This document shows positions 11,931 to 24,800 of a stretch of 64,000 bases of DNA, in pieces. This DNA comes from Macrostomum lignano. Lineage: Eukaryota. The notes beneath the pieces were generated by a model. It was not told the DNA's origin. It searched no databases and saw only the letters and a program-made list of their open reading frames with translations. The number at the start of each line of letters is the position of its first letter. Position 1 is the first letter of the stretch. The stretch covers positions 434,001-498,000 of the forward strand of contig NIVC01001022.1 of NCBI GenBank assembly GCA_002269645.1, read 5' to 3'. Both the position numbers and the translations under genes were made by a program.

Positions 11931-13902
11931 TCAAAGAGAAAAAAAAGCACGGAAAAGTTTTCTACCAGCTTTGGACAGTCTACTATCTTGTTGCCAGAGA
12001 CCGTCACACCTAGACACCGAATCTGCTGCAGTTTTTTTTAACGCGATTGACTTGGCCGAAGACACAGTTAGACAATTGTCCGTATCCTCTGGACAGCGAA
12101 TGTAGCCAAGCGATGCACTAGTTGGGCCATCTTCCAGCAGCTCGGGCTCGACCAGACGGCCCATCTTGAAGAGAGCGGCGGCTCTGAGGCAGGCCTTCGC
12201 CACCGGGGCGCAGCTCGGAATCGCTCGTTCGACTTCCAACAAAAGTTGGGTCAAGCTGTTTGACTCGAAGCCAACCTGAGCTTCATTCTTGATGTTTCGA
12301 TAAATTTCATCAGCCTTTCTGATCGTACAATGATAGGAATGGCTAGAAAAACGGTGATCAGCCGAATCCAGCAGCTCCAGTTTAAAAATGTTGTTAGCCA
12401 AGAAAGAAAAGAATATCACGTTGACGCGGAAGTTCGGTAGCGACTATCGAAATCCTGCCAGGTCTCTGATCAAGTTAGCTGACGACTGACGAATCGCCTC
12501 AACAATTCTTGTCTTTGAATCGTGCTCTTGCTTAAAGAATATCCTAGCGTCGCGGAGAAAAAATGTCTCATGCACACATGATGCGAGTCTGAGCTCTCTA
12601 TCAAGGCAACTAGCATATCCAGCGACTGTTGCACGAACGTCAGCAGGTTTTCCGGTTTCCAGTCTTCTGGCGGTGTTTCATCTAGCATGTAGAACAGCAG
12701 ATTCTTTGCCACATAAGTCTTCAGACCGGTTACTCTACTGCTGATCACCTTCTTGATGAGGAACTTGATGAGAATAAAAAACTGTCCCTGCACTGTAGTG
12801 AGGTTTTGCATGACGGATCGCTCAAGTAAAGTTGTGCTCACTCGCAGCCGGCTGCCGTCGAGACCCGGTGGTGCAGTGGTGACGGCGTGACACCTTGGCG
12901 ACTCTCCAAAGACCTCCTCTCTAAGCGCCTTCATGATGTCATCCGACATGAAAGTCCTGTACCCGGGCCGTAACAGCTCGATGTGGGGGTAGCCGCAGCA
13001 GGGATACGCCAAAATCAGATCAATAGCTGGCAGATATTGCGACTCTTTTATTGGGATATTCGGTGCCGAAACAATTTAGACAAGGAAAAAATCGCATCTA
13101 GGTAGATTCGACACTTGTCAATAAACAAATAAACCCACCGTACAGTAAAACTTTTCTGGCAAATAGAAAGATCAGACGAATACGTGCGTAGACTGGCACT
13201 CACTCAAACAACTAATGCAGACCAAAGTTGGACTGCAGTCGAAATGACTCACTCATCGCCCAGGTGGTGTACGTACCATTAACAACATGTAGCTCGGATG
13301 TATCAGGAATTATGCTTCATGAACAAAATCGTGCAAGACCCAGGAGATCCAAATAAATCAGGGCAATCCTTTCAACCCCTAGAGGCACCCACTCACTATC
13401 GACACAAGCCTTGACGTGCCCGTCTTCGTACTCGGCAGGCGCGCTAAGCTTGCATTCTTCGCAGCAAATTCTAGTCAGCTGACCATCGGCAACTTGTGGG
13501 TGAAAATGTATCAACTTATTCGCGTCGGAGTCAGCGATGATAGTCAAGTCGATGTCGGAGTCGGAAGCAACGCTGCCGTCGATTCGACTCAAATTAGAGC
13601 CCCAACCGTCGGCGTAACTGCCGAAACTGTAGGAGTTTCTGAGCAGCAGTTTGTGCAGGTCCTCAATGGCCGAGACAAAGCCGCTTTGCATCAGCGCGTT
13701 GGTTGAGCAGAAGCCGGCGGTGCGCATGGCCGATGACAGAGACAGGCTCTCGGCTGCCAGATCCACTGTCATTTTCCTCTTTGATTTCTATAACTGTTGA
13801 CAGTTCTGCGGCAGACGCACACTCGTTAGTTTTTATAGTTTCTTTTGAGTATTGCTTTTGGTAGCTAAAACAGGGATCTGGCAGCTTAAATTTGGGCTCC
13901 AT
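11931..13902 (-). pseudogene. Mab-21/cGAS-like nucleotidyltransferase (cGLR-like), disrupted: exon 1 13902-13397, intron 13396-13027, exon 2 from 13026
   Basis: NTase motif FGSYADGWG..SDSDIDL; IDLILAYPCCGYP after a phase-1 splice (A|GTGAGT ... CCAG|CT); Mab-21 C-terminal signature LKTYVAKNLLFYMLDE..W.PENLL..MRHFF. Lesions: +1 A near 13773-13776, -1 T near 12558-12563, in-frame TAG at 12446-12444. Confidence 0.75.
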
Positions 13903-14255
13903 ATTGTTTCTTTTCTGCTCCAAAATCAACAGTAAAAATGTGTGTAATAAATTCATTTGGCGACGAATGTGTAGGGTCGCGTTTTAGGTATGCAACCACA
14001 GTTGTAAATACGGATGCAAAGTGCAAAGAAAAAAACTTGTATGATAATAATACGCTGATATATTTAATTTGAACTCCACCTGTGCTAAAGTGCAGCAACT
14101 AAGTTTGGGTAATTTTATAGTGATTCAACTACTATGCCAAAGCTACGAGTTAAGCTACAATAGTAATGAAACTACGGGAACTGACTAGTGGCAGAATGAA
14201 AATTCAACTTGAAGGCAGCATGCGTCAAGCCAGTTTACTACCAAACGGGCTGCAC

Positions 14256-17200
14256 TCAGTCCAGCTGATGCTGATTGTTGTTGACAAACGAACCCGTTGG
14301 CGAGGCAGCCGCCGACGACCTCAACAGCAGATGACTGTCCGGAGTGAACGACCGGACTAAATCTGGATTTCCGGCCAGCAGTTGCTGCGCCTTCGACTGC
14401 GAGCGCAGAATCAGCTGCTCGACCTGATCGGCGTGGCCCAGGCCGTGCGACTGGTGATTCTGCTGTTGTTGTTGCTGCTTGCGGGCCCGAGACAGCTGGC
14501 CCCGGAGGTACTCAACCTCGTCCTCGAGCGTGGCCGCTTTAGACTTGACGGCGGACAGCTGGGATCGCTCCTGGCTGACCAGGGCGTCCAGTTCGGCCAC
14601 CCGCTGCCTGTGCTGGGCGGTCAGCTGCGATTCTCGCTGCTTAAACCGGGCCTCCCGCTCTTTGCCATTCGTCTCAGCAGCTTGCAAACGGTTGCGTAGA
14701 GCTTCAAGTTCAGTTGCTAAGGATCTTCTGGCGGTTTCCGACTCTTCCAGCTGCGACAATCGCCGCTGCTGCTCTCCAATGGAGTTTTCCAGCTCGGCGA
14801 CCCGTTTCTTTGCCGCCGAGGCCGACTTTTCGGACTCTGCCAGCGCCGCCTCCGCGCGCTCCAATTGACGTCGCGTCGACTCCACTTCGTTGGCCTCCTT
14901 GGCGCGCTCTCGGAGCTCGCGTTTCAACTGGTCCGACTTGGACTTCAGCGCTTCGCTGCGGGTCACCAGCGTTTGCCGCTCCAACTGCCAGTCGGCCTCC
15001 GCCTGTTGAAGCGACTCCTTTAGCGCCTGTTTCTCCCCGGCCAGAGCTCGATTGTCCAGCGCCAGCTTGTCTGCGCGGTTCTTCAATCGTTCAACAACAT
15101 TCACCAGAGCTTCGGCTTTGTCGCCACCCTCAGCCGAGACGCGGCCGAGCTCTTCGTTGTCGCGCGTCAGCTCGGCGCATTTGGCGCGCAGCTGCTGCAG
15201 ACCGGCCTCGGCCGCCGCCTGCCGCTCTTGCGCTAGAGCGCAGGTCGACTGTAGCTGTGAGTTCGACTCGCGCGCGGCGTCCAAACGCGAAGTGGCGTCG
15301 CGCAGCTCGGCGCGCAACTGCTCAGCCTGATCGCGACAGGCGCGCAGGGCGGCGGCCTCCGCTGAAGCCGCTTCTAATCGGCGCGCCGTCGCTTCGGCCT
15401 CGCGACCGGCCGCTTCTGCGCGTTTACGTTCGGCGCGCAGTCGGGCCCCGCTGGCGCCGAGCGCTTCGCGAAGCTGACCAACCTCGTCAGCACGCCGGCG
15501 TTCCTCTGCGCGTAGCCGCTCGCGCAGTTCTGCAGCGGCGGCCCGGGTCGACTCCAGCGCCGCCTGAGCCGCCGAAGCGCCTGGCGCGCCGCTACCGATG
15601 GTCGCGGCGACTCCGACGGATCTAGCATTAGCGTCCATGGAGCCGTAGGCCGTGTCGCTGAGGCGCCACTCGGCGTCCCTGGCCGCGCGCTCCAGTTCCT
15701 CCAGCGCTTGACGCGCCCGCTGCAATTCCACCCGGGTTGTTCCGTCCAAAGAGCCTATTGAAGCGTCATTGTCGTCGTCGGCTTCTTCATCGGCACGGAG
15801 ACCAGCTGCAGCGTCTTGCGCAGGTGCCCGACAGTCTGGTCGCAGCGAGCGCGCAGCTCACGTACGGCCGACTCGCTGGAACCCGCGGCAGAGCCCAGCC
15901 TCTTTAGCTCCTCCATCAGGCGATTCTTCTCCGCCTCCTGATTGGCCGCCACTCGTCTGCTCAGCTCCAGCTCCCGACGGAGAGCCGTCAGATCGGCGCC
16001 GCGAGACTCCGCTTGCTGGCGCTCGGACTGTTGGCGCTGGCGCTCCGCTTCCAGCTGGGCGCGCAGCTCCGACGCTTCGTGGCGAGCGGCGTCGCGTTCG
16101 CTGACCGCGGAGCGAAGAGCCTCGTCCCTAATAGTCAATGGTCAGAAGGCGAACTAGGGTCACGGATGTTTTGTGCAATGGTTGAGTCAAAAATCTTACT
16201 AACTTGTACTCATTTAGTCATTTAAGCTAAGCAACAAGCCACTCAAAGCCAGCGGAAGAACAAGTAAGTTAAGACTACTCCCCTAAAAACAGTTATATCC
16301 TTGTCCTATCCTTGTCCTTAAAACAGAGACATCTGAGTTGTGGTCTCACCTGCCGCTAATCTGGTCGCGAACGTCTCTGCCAGAGCTGGTCAGCTGGTCA
16401 GTCAGCGCCCGCACCTGGTCGCGCAGGCTCCGCCTCTCTTCATCGGCGGCCTGAAACTTGAACTCGAAGCTGCGCAGCTCCTGCGCCTGCTCTTTGGCCG
16501 CGGCCAGCTCTGCGGTCAGCCGGTCAAGTCGCTCTTTGTCGGCCTCCCAGCGCCGGTTGACTCGATCGAAGTTCGCCGCTATACCGTCGCGTTCGCGTTT
16601 GGTCTCCTCCAGGCCGCTGGCCGCCTGCAGAGCCTCTTCTAGGCGGGCCTTCTCGTCGGCCATCATCCGCAGCTTCTCCCGGTAGACGTCTAGCTGGTTG
16701 CGCAGCTCGCCAACCTCGGCTGACGGTGGCTCCTTAGCCGTTGAAGAAGTGGCAGCAGCAGCTGAAGCCGCGGCCGCCGTTGCCGGTCGCAGATGGTCGA
16801 GCCGCTCCAAGCTGGCCAGCACCCGGCTGAGGTTCGCCTCGGATGACGAGATACCGCCGCCGCCACTGCCGCCACCTCCGCCTCCACCGCTGACTTCCAG
16901 CGCCCTCAAAGCATCATCCTTGACGGCCACCTGGTCGCGAAGTCGCTCAACCTCGGCTGCATTGGCGGCGGCGGAATCTGCCAGGCTGTCCAGATGGGCG
17001 AGCTGGTTGGCCGAGGACACGCCTAGAGAAGCCAAGCGCAGCTGAAGAGCGCCTAAGCTACGCTTGGTGGCCTGGTGTCGGTACCAGAGGCACTGCACCA
17101 CCTGATGCTCATCCGAGATGCCCTCCTCGTCGCGCACCCGATCGGCAAGAATGTCGCCATCTTCCAGTTGGTCGCCGATCGAGGTCGGCAGGTCGCACCA

Positions 17201-19544
17201 GCGTCGTTCGAGCAGTTCGATCTCAGCAACGCTGAGGTCGGGCAGCACGCCGCGGACGCGACCCAGACCGAGCTGCAGCTGGTGATTGGCATGCCTGGTG
17301 TGTGTCGGAGATTCAGACTGTTTTTTAGCATCAGTTGCTTATATTTAGAGTTCTTTATATAACAAGCAAAAAAACAAAATTCATCAACGCACCTGAGATC
17401 TACGCAGCTCTGTGTGAGCTCAGCGCAGCGCTGCTCAAGCAGTCGCGACCGTGCGGACAGTTCAGCCGCCTCAGCTGGCGACGATGCAGCAACAGCGGCT
17501 CGCAATTCGCGACGCACATCGTCAAGATCGTTGCCAACAGCGGACGCGGCGTCTAATTGGGCTTGCAAAGTTCGATTCTCCGCTAGCAGAGCTTTGTCAA
17601 CGCGAGCGATGCCTCCAGCGTCACCTGTGGCCGTCGCCGATGTCAGGGCCTCTACAACAGCTCTCGACGCACTCAGCTGCTCCAACAGGGAAGACGCCTG
17701 CGACTCGAGCTGGCCGATTCGCTGGCGCAGTCGGGGACACTCTGGACATTCTTCGGCGGCTGCTGAGGTACCCGTCGTTGGACCGGCATTATCAGTGACG
17801 TCCTTACTGTAAAGAAGTTTGTTTCTTTGTTCGTTGGTACGAATATTTGGTATAGCATATGTTGTGCGCTGCACTTTGGCGTGGAACAAGGGCACCCCGC
17901 CCTATGCGTGTACTCTTACTTGATGTTATTTGTTTATTTACTTTAATTGTTTTGGCGTCTCGGTTCTGACTGGTTGGCGGCGGGCCCCGGGCTGAGGCTT
18001 TGCGCCTCCCCCATCGGGTGTCGCCAGCTGATTGGTTGAGCCGGGCGTCTCTCTCTACCCCTTGGTTTGTGTAAACTTTTGCCGCCCGCTGATTGGCTGG
18101 AGGTGGTGGGCAAGGGGCGTCCCTCCCCCGGATGGGGTGGGGGCTGGAAGGCGTGAGGCCTCCCCCCGCGGGCAGCAGGTATTTAGCCACTCTCGCCGGG
18201 CCTTGGGCCACCCGTACAGGTTGAACTGAGTTGACTGCGAGAGCACTATTGGCCCACTGACGATTTTTGCTGCGAGGAACTCTCTAGTGCCAACTAAAAT
18301 ATATAGTACTACCCGCCAGCTTTTCTGGCCATTATTGATTGTTCACGTAAGTGCGCTGTTTGCGTTAGTTCTTGCGGTTGCCTTCCAGGGAAGAGTCCGT
18401 GCGTCCTGACGCAGACTCAGCCAAGGCCTGGGATATTTCCATATCCGTACAGTACCTAGCCAGTACCTTCCCATACGCCAGCCTGTGCGTCCCGTCACCG
18501 TGCTGAAGGTGACCGTCATTACAGCGCCCTGACGCGGGTCAGTCAGGTGGGAGCGTCCCGGCGCCCCAACCACCGGGCATCGTCAGCACTCACGTCCTGA
18601 CGCAGGCGAGCAAGGACCCAGATGCTAGTAGAGTACCCTGTACGCCCTCAAGGACCACCGAGGCTAAGGGGTCAGGGATACAACACATAGCCATATTTCT
18701 TTGGAACTGATGCACTCAAGGCAGAGCGGAAAAAGTCAGGGCAAATGTACAAGTTTTCGAGTTCTTCTAAAACTGGCTGAGGACAGACTGTTTAAACTCA
18801 CCGACTGCCACCAAATCGAGTGCCGTTCAGTGCGGCTCCAGTTGCTAGCATTGTTGAACTGTTCCTCAACGGAGCCGAGAAGTCCGGCACAACTGGTGAC
18901 TCTTCAAACGCCGGTCCTAGTACGGTATAGCCGCCTGGTAGTCGAGACACCGACTGCAGAGGCAGCCCGGTCGACTGGTGCTCGTCGGAGATGGCCGACA
19001 CCCGGCCTAGAGCGTCCAGCTCGGCAAGGTCCCGGCTTACCGTTGAGCCCTGAAGTCGGCGCTGTCGTTCAACCAGGGAGACTCGTCGCTTCTCTGCTGT
19101 GGACTCTTCCTGGCGGTGCCGCTGCGAGCGAACGCTGGAGAGACCGCGTTGCCTCGGCGCACCTCCGCCAGCAGTCGTGCTCGGGGTTGAGCCCCGGCTG
19201 CTCCCGTTCGGCAGCAGCATGTTTTCGCCGCGGTGGTTCACGTGCTGCTGGACGCTCGCCCGCAGATTGGCGGCACCCGACGACGCTCCGCCGAGACTGT
19301 CCTCACAGTCGCACTCTTTTACGCCCGCGGCGTCGTCACTGAGCAGGTCGTGACTAAAATCGTCTTCGTCGGCGACGTCTTTGCGTCGATCGTCGTCTAA
19401 ATCGCCGTCCAGAGAGTCGAGAGTGAGGTCTACGGAGGGCGATTTTATAGCGGCCGATGTGCTGTCGGACCGGAGCTGCTGCTGCTGCTGGCCAGCGGTT
19501 GTGGCTGCATTCGGCTCAATAGAATCGTAATACGAGTCGTCCAT
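14256..19544 (-). CDS. Large (~1300 aa) coiled-coil protein with an acidic/disordered N-terminus. Exons 19544-18802, 17806-17393, 17294-16350, 16127-14256, with an apparent 1-nt frameshift near 15800
   Basis: Three phase-2 GT-AG junctions join the ORFs; long heptad-rich E/R/A/L stretches. Adding one G at CAG CTG G^TC joins LRKTLQL to GLRADEEADDDNDASIGSLDGTTRVEL. Family not recognised. Confidence 0.7.
17860..18685. mobile_element. Probable solo LTR (826 bp) in intron 1 of the coiled-coil gene
   Basis: Starts TGTTGT and ends ACAACA (inverted), flanked by a CATA direct repeat (17856-17859, 18686-18689). GC-rich, two GCTGATTGG (CCAAT-box) motifs, no coding remnant. Confidence 0.7.
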
Positions 19545-20939
19545 GGCTAATTAGTAGATTGAAGAGCCGATTTGATTGGGCAGTACACTTCAGGGTCGCT
19601 TACTCAGATCAACGCCCTGATCGCATCTGCTCCTGAATATTTTAGTAGTTAAGTAACGCTGCTGCGCTTCTCAAAACGCTGCGGCGTCCACAGTTTAGGC
19701 CACTTTTTTAGTCGCTTGTTCAGTCGAGACTGAAAGCTACCTGAGACACTTCTCTATCCAGAGAGCCTTCAGTTTAAGCCTATAAGGGCCAGCAAACAAT
19801 GGAAACGACAAAATGCGAAGAAGAAGCAGGCGGAGAGACTGAAACAGTTTATGAATGCGAGGCAATTTCCAAGTTTCCTATTCGCCTTAGTTAAAAAATG
19901 AAATGTGCGTGTAAGCCTTGTGAATAGTGAATAAGTAGTAAAACCCAAGGCTCTTATTTACTGAAACCTTCGGGGTATTCTAGTTGGCCCAGTTGCAGAG
20001 GGCGTGCAGGTGTTTCACCTCGCTGCTTTGGCTGCGTGTCTTACTGAGGCTAAGCGGCGCTGGACGCTCATTTTTGGCAGAAAACCAACTCTTATTGAGT
20101 ACTTTTTTCTCTCTCTCTATGCTACTCGCTATCCATTCGCTCTATCTCTCGGCATACCATGCGTGTACTCAGCTCAAAGTTTGAGCTCACACGCCTGTGT
20201 ATGCTGTGTATGTTTACCCTTTATTTTAAATTACAATCTGGACACAGAGACCGACCGCTTCAGAAGATATACGAAATGTAGCTCCCAGACCAAATTAACA
20301 TTCGTGTAGCTCACATATAGTTATAAAATTTAAAGGTCTGCTTTTATTACAGCTGCATTCCTAGATTAACAAAAATGTCAACCCAGAAGTATTGCAAACA
20401 CTGTAATTGCAAAGCACAATTGGCCCACTGAGCATCAACTTTTCATTTCTTTGTGCATCTGTCGCGTGACTTGATGGCAGCGTGAATCAGCCTTTTAGGG
20501 GGGAGGGGGGGGAGCAATATTTAATTCCGTGCATTGGCCGGGGGATGTTTACAGGTGGCAAATGTTTCGTTCCCTTCATTCACCGCTTGGTTACAGCTTT
20601 CATCAAGTTTTTTTGAAGAAGTGCAATTTTTATGTTGGGACAGTTTTTGTGTGTAGCGATAATATCTGAAGCCAATTCTTTTCGTTTTTCATTTGTCGAG
20701 CTTCGAAAGCATGCATAATATATCATCTATGCACCCAAGGAGACCAGGTGTGAAACATCAACAGTGCTGACATTATGTGGATTACAACTGGATCTTCACC
20801 TGTTTCTATCGCAGCTCAGAGAACGAAATTCGTAGCACAGTTTAATTTGCCTCTCGCTCATAATTTACGACGCACTAACCGGTGCCAACTCTGCTTAACT
20901 CTCGCAACTTCTGATAGCGAATCTGAGTTGACCCACTGG

Positions 20940-21002
20940 ACTTACTGGGGGAATTGCTGAGATGTCGAGGCTTACTGTGGGAATAGCTGAGATGTCAAGG
21001 CA
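20940..21002 (+). repeat. Two degenerate units of the same ~29-bp minisatellite family as 33660-34930
   Basis: GGGAATTGCTGAGATGTCGAGGCTTA matches GGGAGTTGCTGAGATGTCAAGGCTTA. Confidence 0.6.
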
Positions 21003-21847
21003 AATAAATAGGATTCACATAAATAGTTTAACGTACCTTGCTTATTGGCCGCCCCGATGGGGGGACTATAGATTCCAGCTCTATATTTGTAGCTATTAGT
21101 ATCGGAGAAGTTTTAAGGTAGTGAAAAGTGAAAAAATTTATCTTATGCATTACTGACAGTAGGTAGATACTGTAATTATGATATCAGACTTGTGATCACT
21201 ATTTCTATAATTCAATCTTTTTCGTCTCTCTAACATCTGGGAGTGCGTTTGAATTGAGGATTCACGGTTTTCTTAGACGAGACAACTGATTTTAATTTAT
21301 GAATAATTAATTATACAGTTCCAGCTGATTGAGCGTTGCGTACATGTACTGGTAGCATTAATAATGCATTAGGCAACCAACTGCAATTCTAATGCTGCGG
21401 TTGAGTAGTAGGTGAATTGGGCGTTACACTTGCGATGCTTAATTGGTTAAAAAAGTCTGCCCAGACTGAGTCACGTGGGGAACTTGGAGCGAGCGCCTCG
21501 ACAGTTGTCATGGTGACATTCCCAGCGAGATCAGTACAAAATGCACTTTAGACTGGATTTAAACTGACCAGGTTCCGATTCGGTATACATACTTTTAGCA
21601 GCATGTTAGTTTCCACCTTCGAAATCAGTGGTTAACAAGTGTGGCAGTTTCAATCCTACTCAAGCCACAACTCTCCACTCTCTCCTGACCAGCCTAAGCT
21701 ATGGCCAATTGTAACACAAGTTGCATCGGCCAACAGATGAGAGCCGCGGGCGTGGTGTTAAGTTGTTGAGTATATATGATTGCTCGACCTTTTTTAACTC
21801 CTTTACTAAAATACAAGTTTTGACCAATTAATGAAGCGCTAGAACAA

Positions 21848-24800
21848 CTACTACTACTACTACTACTACCGACGGGGGGCAGAGCGCCGCGAATAGGCCG
21901 CGAGGCCCCTATCGCAACCCCAAGCTAAAAACAGAAGGGCGTTAGCCTTGGGGCTGCGCCCACCCCTCGCCGGCAGCAGAAGAGCTCGCGAGAGTGGCGT
22001 CCGCGATCTTCATCCGCCCAGAATCCCGAACGAATGCGCGTAGGTCACGGATCCGGTCCGGAGTGGTGAGCTCGTCAAGCCTTAGCGGATGACCGAGGTG
22101 ACGCCTCCGCGCCTCGTTGAAGTGCGGGCAGAAAGTGACGTGGTGCGTCGAGGTTTCCTCTTCTAAATCACAGAATGGGCAGATAGGGGAGCAGCCACTT
22201 TGCAGTGAAATATGTCTCTGGAAGAAGCCATGGCCAGTAATGACATGCACATCTCCCTCAGGTCAGTTTTACTTAAGGAGATTAGATATTCGGATACTTT
22301 CCGGTTAATGGCAGGCATTGCCTTTTGTGCTTGCCGGTATTCGGAGCAGCTGTCCCAGTGAGTCTGATGCTGGCGGTTCAGCCAATCTTGAATGGCGCGG
22401 TTGAGCGATGACTTCGGAGAAGGTAACTTGACTGAGCGTTGCGCTCCATCAGGGGTGCAACCCCGCTTGGCAAGCTGATCCACAAGCTCGTTGCCGAGGA
22501 TGTTGCTATGGCCTGGTGTCCAGATAACATTGATCCTGTTGAGAATCGCTAGGGTCTGCAAGCTTTTGAGGCAGTCTGAAACTGACTTGGTTGAGAGCTT
22601 GATGGAAGACAAGGCCTTAATAGCGGCCTGGCTGTCAGAGTAAAAATAAATGTCAAAGCTGCTGATGCCAGCTTTGTGCAGATGCTCAGCGCACTGGTTG
22701 ATAGCTACAACTTCGGATTGAAAAACCGAGACATTCTCACCAAGATGAAGACTCTCTTGTAAGATCGCCTCACCCTTGTGGAAAATGGCAATGCCTGCAC
22801 CAGCGAGACCGTCACACAGGGATCCGTCAGTGAAGCAGTGAATACCTTGGCTTCTCCGGTTGATGCCCACGTCCAGCGGGTGACTCCCTCTCGGTGGAAG
22901 AGTACACTTGAAGCCCCTCCTGAGGATGAGAGTGGGGGATTTGCAGTCCACCTCGTCTAAATTAAGGTGGATGCGTTGAAGATCGCGACGGATATAGTCC
23001 AGATGCGGGAAAAGAGTCTTCTCGGGCATGAAGCCCGAGGGCGTGTTAGCAATAAATTTATCACAGATGAGACGCGTGGCGCCCTTCATCGCCTCAGCTC
23101 TAATGAAAAAATGCAGCGGAGGCATGCTGAGGATGGTGTTGAGCCCCTCGTAAGGGGTGGGGTGGATGGATACGCACCGGTGATGGCTCGGCAGATGTTA
23201 CCCTGCAGTTGGTACAACCGGTCCCGAACAGTCTTCAACTCCAACGCACTGGACCAGATAACACACGCGTAGGTGATACTGGGCCGGATGATTCCGGTGT
23301 AGATCCATCTGACCGTCTTGGGAGAAAGACCCCAAGTAGGCCCGATGGCTCTCCTCACCTGCGCGAAGCAGCGCCTGGCGCGCCCGATGACATTGTCAGC
23401 GTGCTTGGTCCAACGCAGATCGTGGGTGAGCGTCACACCTAGATACTTAGTTTCCTTGACTAAGGGTATGTCCTTACCATAGATGGTGAGGTTCCGCATG
23501 CTCCACTTCCGCTTCCTAGTGAAGATAATGGCCACCGTCTTAGCGGTGCTAATGGTTAGGCCGTGTCGGGTAGCCCAGGCTTGCGCCTTATCGGCGAACT
23601 GCTGCATCAAGCTTCGGAGGGTGCTGGTGTCAGGGCCACTGACAATAGCAGCGACATCATCAGCGTAGCCAGCCTTGACTATGCTGCTGGGGACGTCAGC
23701 CGTCAGGAGCTCGTCCATCACGAGATTCCAGAGCAGCGGGGTGAGCACTCCACCTTGGGCTCCGCCCTTAGTAACCGTATGAGTGCAGGTGGCATCCATG
23801 AGGGAGGAAGTCACCTTCCTGTTCCGGATCATAAAGTCGATCCAACGCAGAATGCTGGGTCGAACCTTTTTCTGCAAAAGGGAGTCGCTGAAGGAGCCAA
23901 ATAAAACGTTATTGAAGGCCCCATCGATATCACAGAAAAGCCCACAGGCAATCTGCTTACTCAGGATAGCTTTCTCAATGGCTGAGGTGATAACATGCAA
24001 AGCGTGCTCAGTGGTTTTACCTGGTTGGAAGGCGAACTGGTGCTTACTTATGGGTGCCGTCCTTAAATCGCAGTCGCGCAGCCTCCACAAGATGAGTCTC
24101 TCCATCAGCTTAATACAGAAGGATATTAGGCTGATGGGGCGGAAAGATTTCACATTAGTATAGTCGCCTTTGGCAGGCTTGGGGATGAAGACCACCCGAG
24201 CGGTCCTCCAGATAGTGGGAATGTACCCAGTGGTGAAACAGTCAATGATGAGCTTAGAGAAAAAGGCAGAGAAGCTCTGCAGCTTAACCGCTTCCTGGAG
24301 AACACAGGGGGCGATATTGTCAATGCCGGGGGTTTGAACGGCTTAAAAGTGTTGGCGGCCAGCTGAATTAAATTCTTAGTGGCGCACTGCTCGAAAAGTT
24401 GTCGATCTCTCGGGTTGTGATCAGCAACGATTTGCTCAGGATGCTCGCATGTGGGGAAACATGCCGAGAAAAGCAGATTGAGGGATTCCTCGGCGGTTCT
24501 GGAATAGTTGCCATCCAAATGGAGGAGAGAGTTACACTGGGCGAGGTTGTCATGCCTGAGGGACTTGACCAGCCGGGCAGTAGGATGCTGGCCCTCCAAA
24601 CCGGCGCAAAGGCCTTCCAGGTGTCCTTTTTGGCCTTCCGGATACAACTCTTGTAGGTTCTCAAAGCAGAGTGGTAGTTCTCCCAGTCTTCTGGGGTGTT
24701 GTTCCGGTTGGCAATCCGATGCAGCCGACGGGAGGCCTTTTTCAAGCGGGTGAGCTCCTTGTTCCACCAAGGTGAGTACTTCCTTCTACTGACAATCGAG

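Noticed and set aside
13317-13396. ORF-track C-terminus of the 151-aa cGLR fragment (EWVPLGVERI..)
   Set aside because: Lies after a strong GTGAGT donor whose phase matches the acceptor at 13027, so it is read-through into the intron. A small additional exon near 13230-13300 cannot be excluded.
14382-17812. Numerous plus-strand ORFs overlapping the coiled-coil gene
   Set aside because: Antisense shadows of a GC-rich coding strand; no domains or splice structure.
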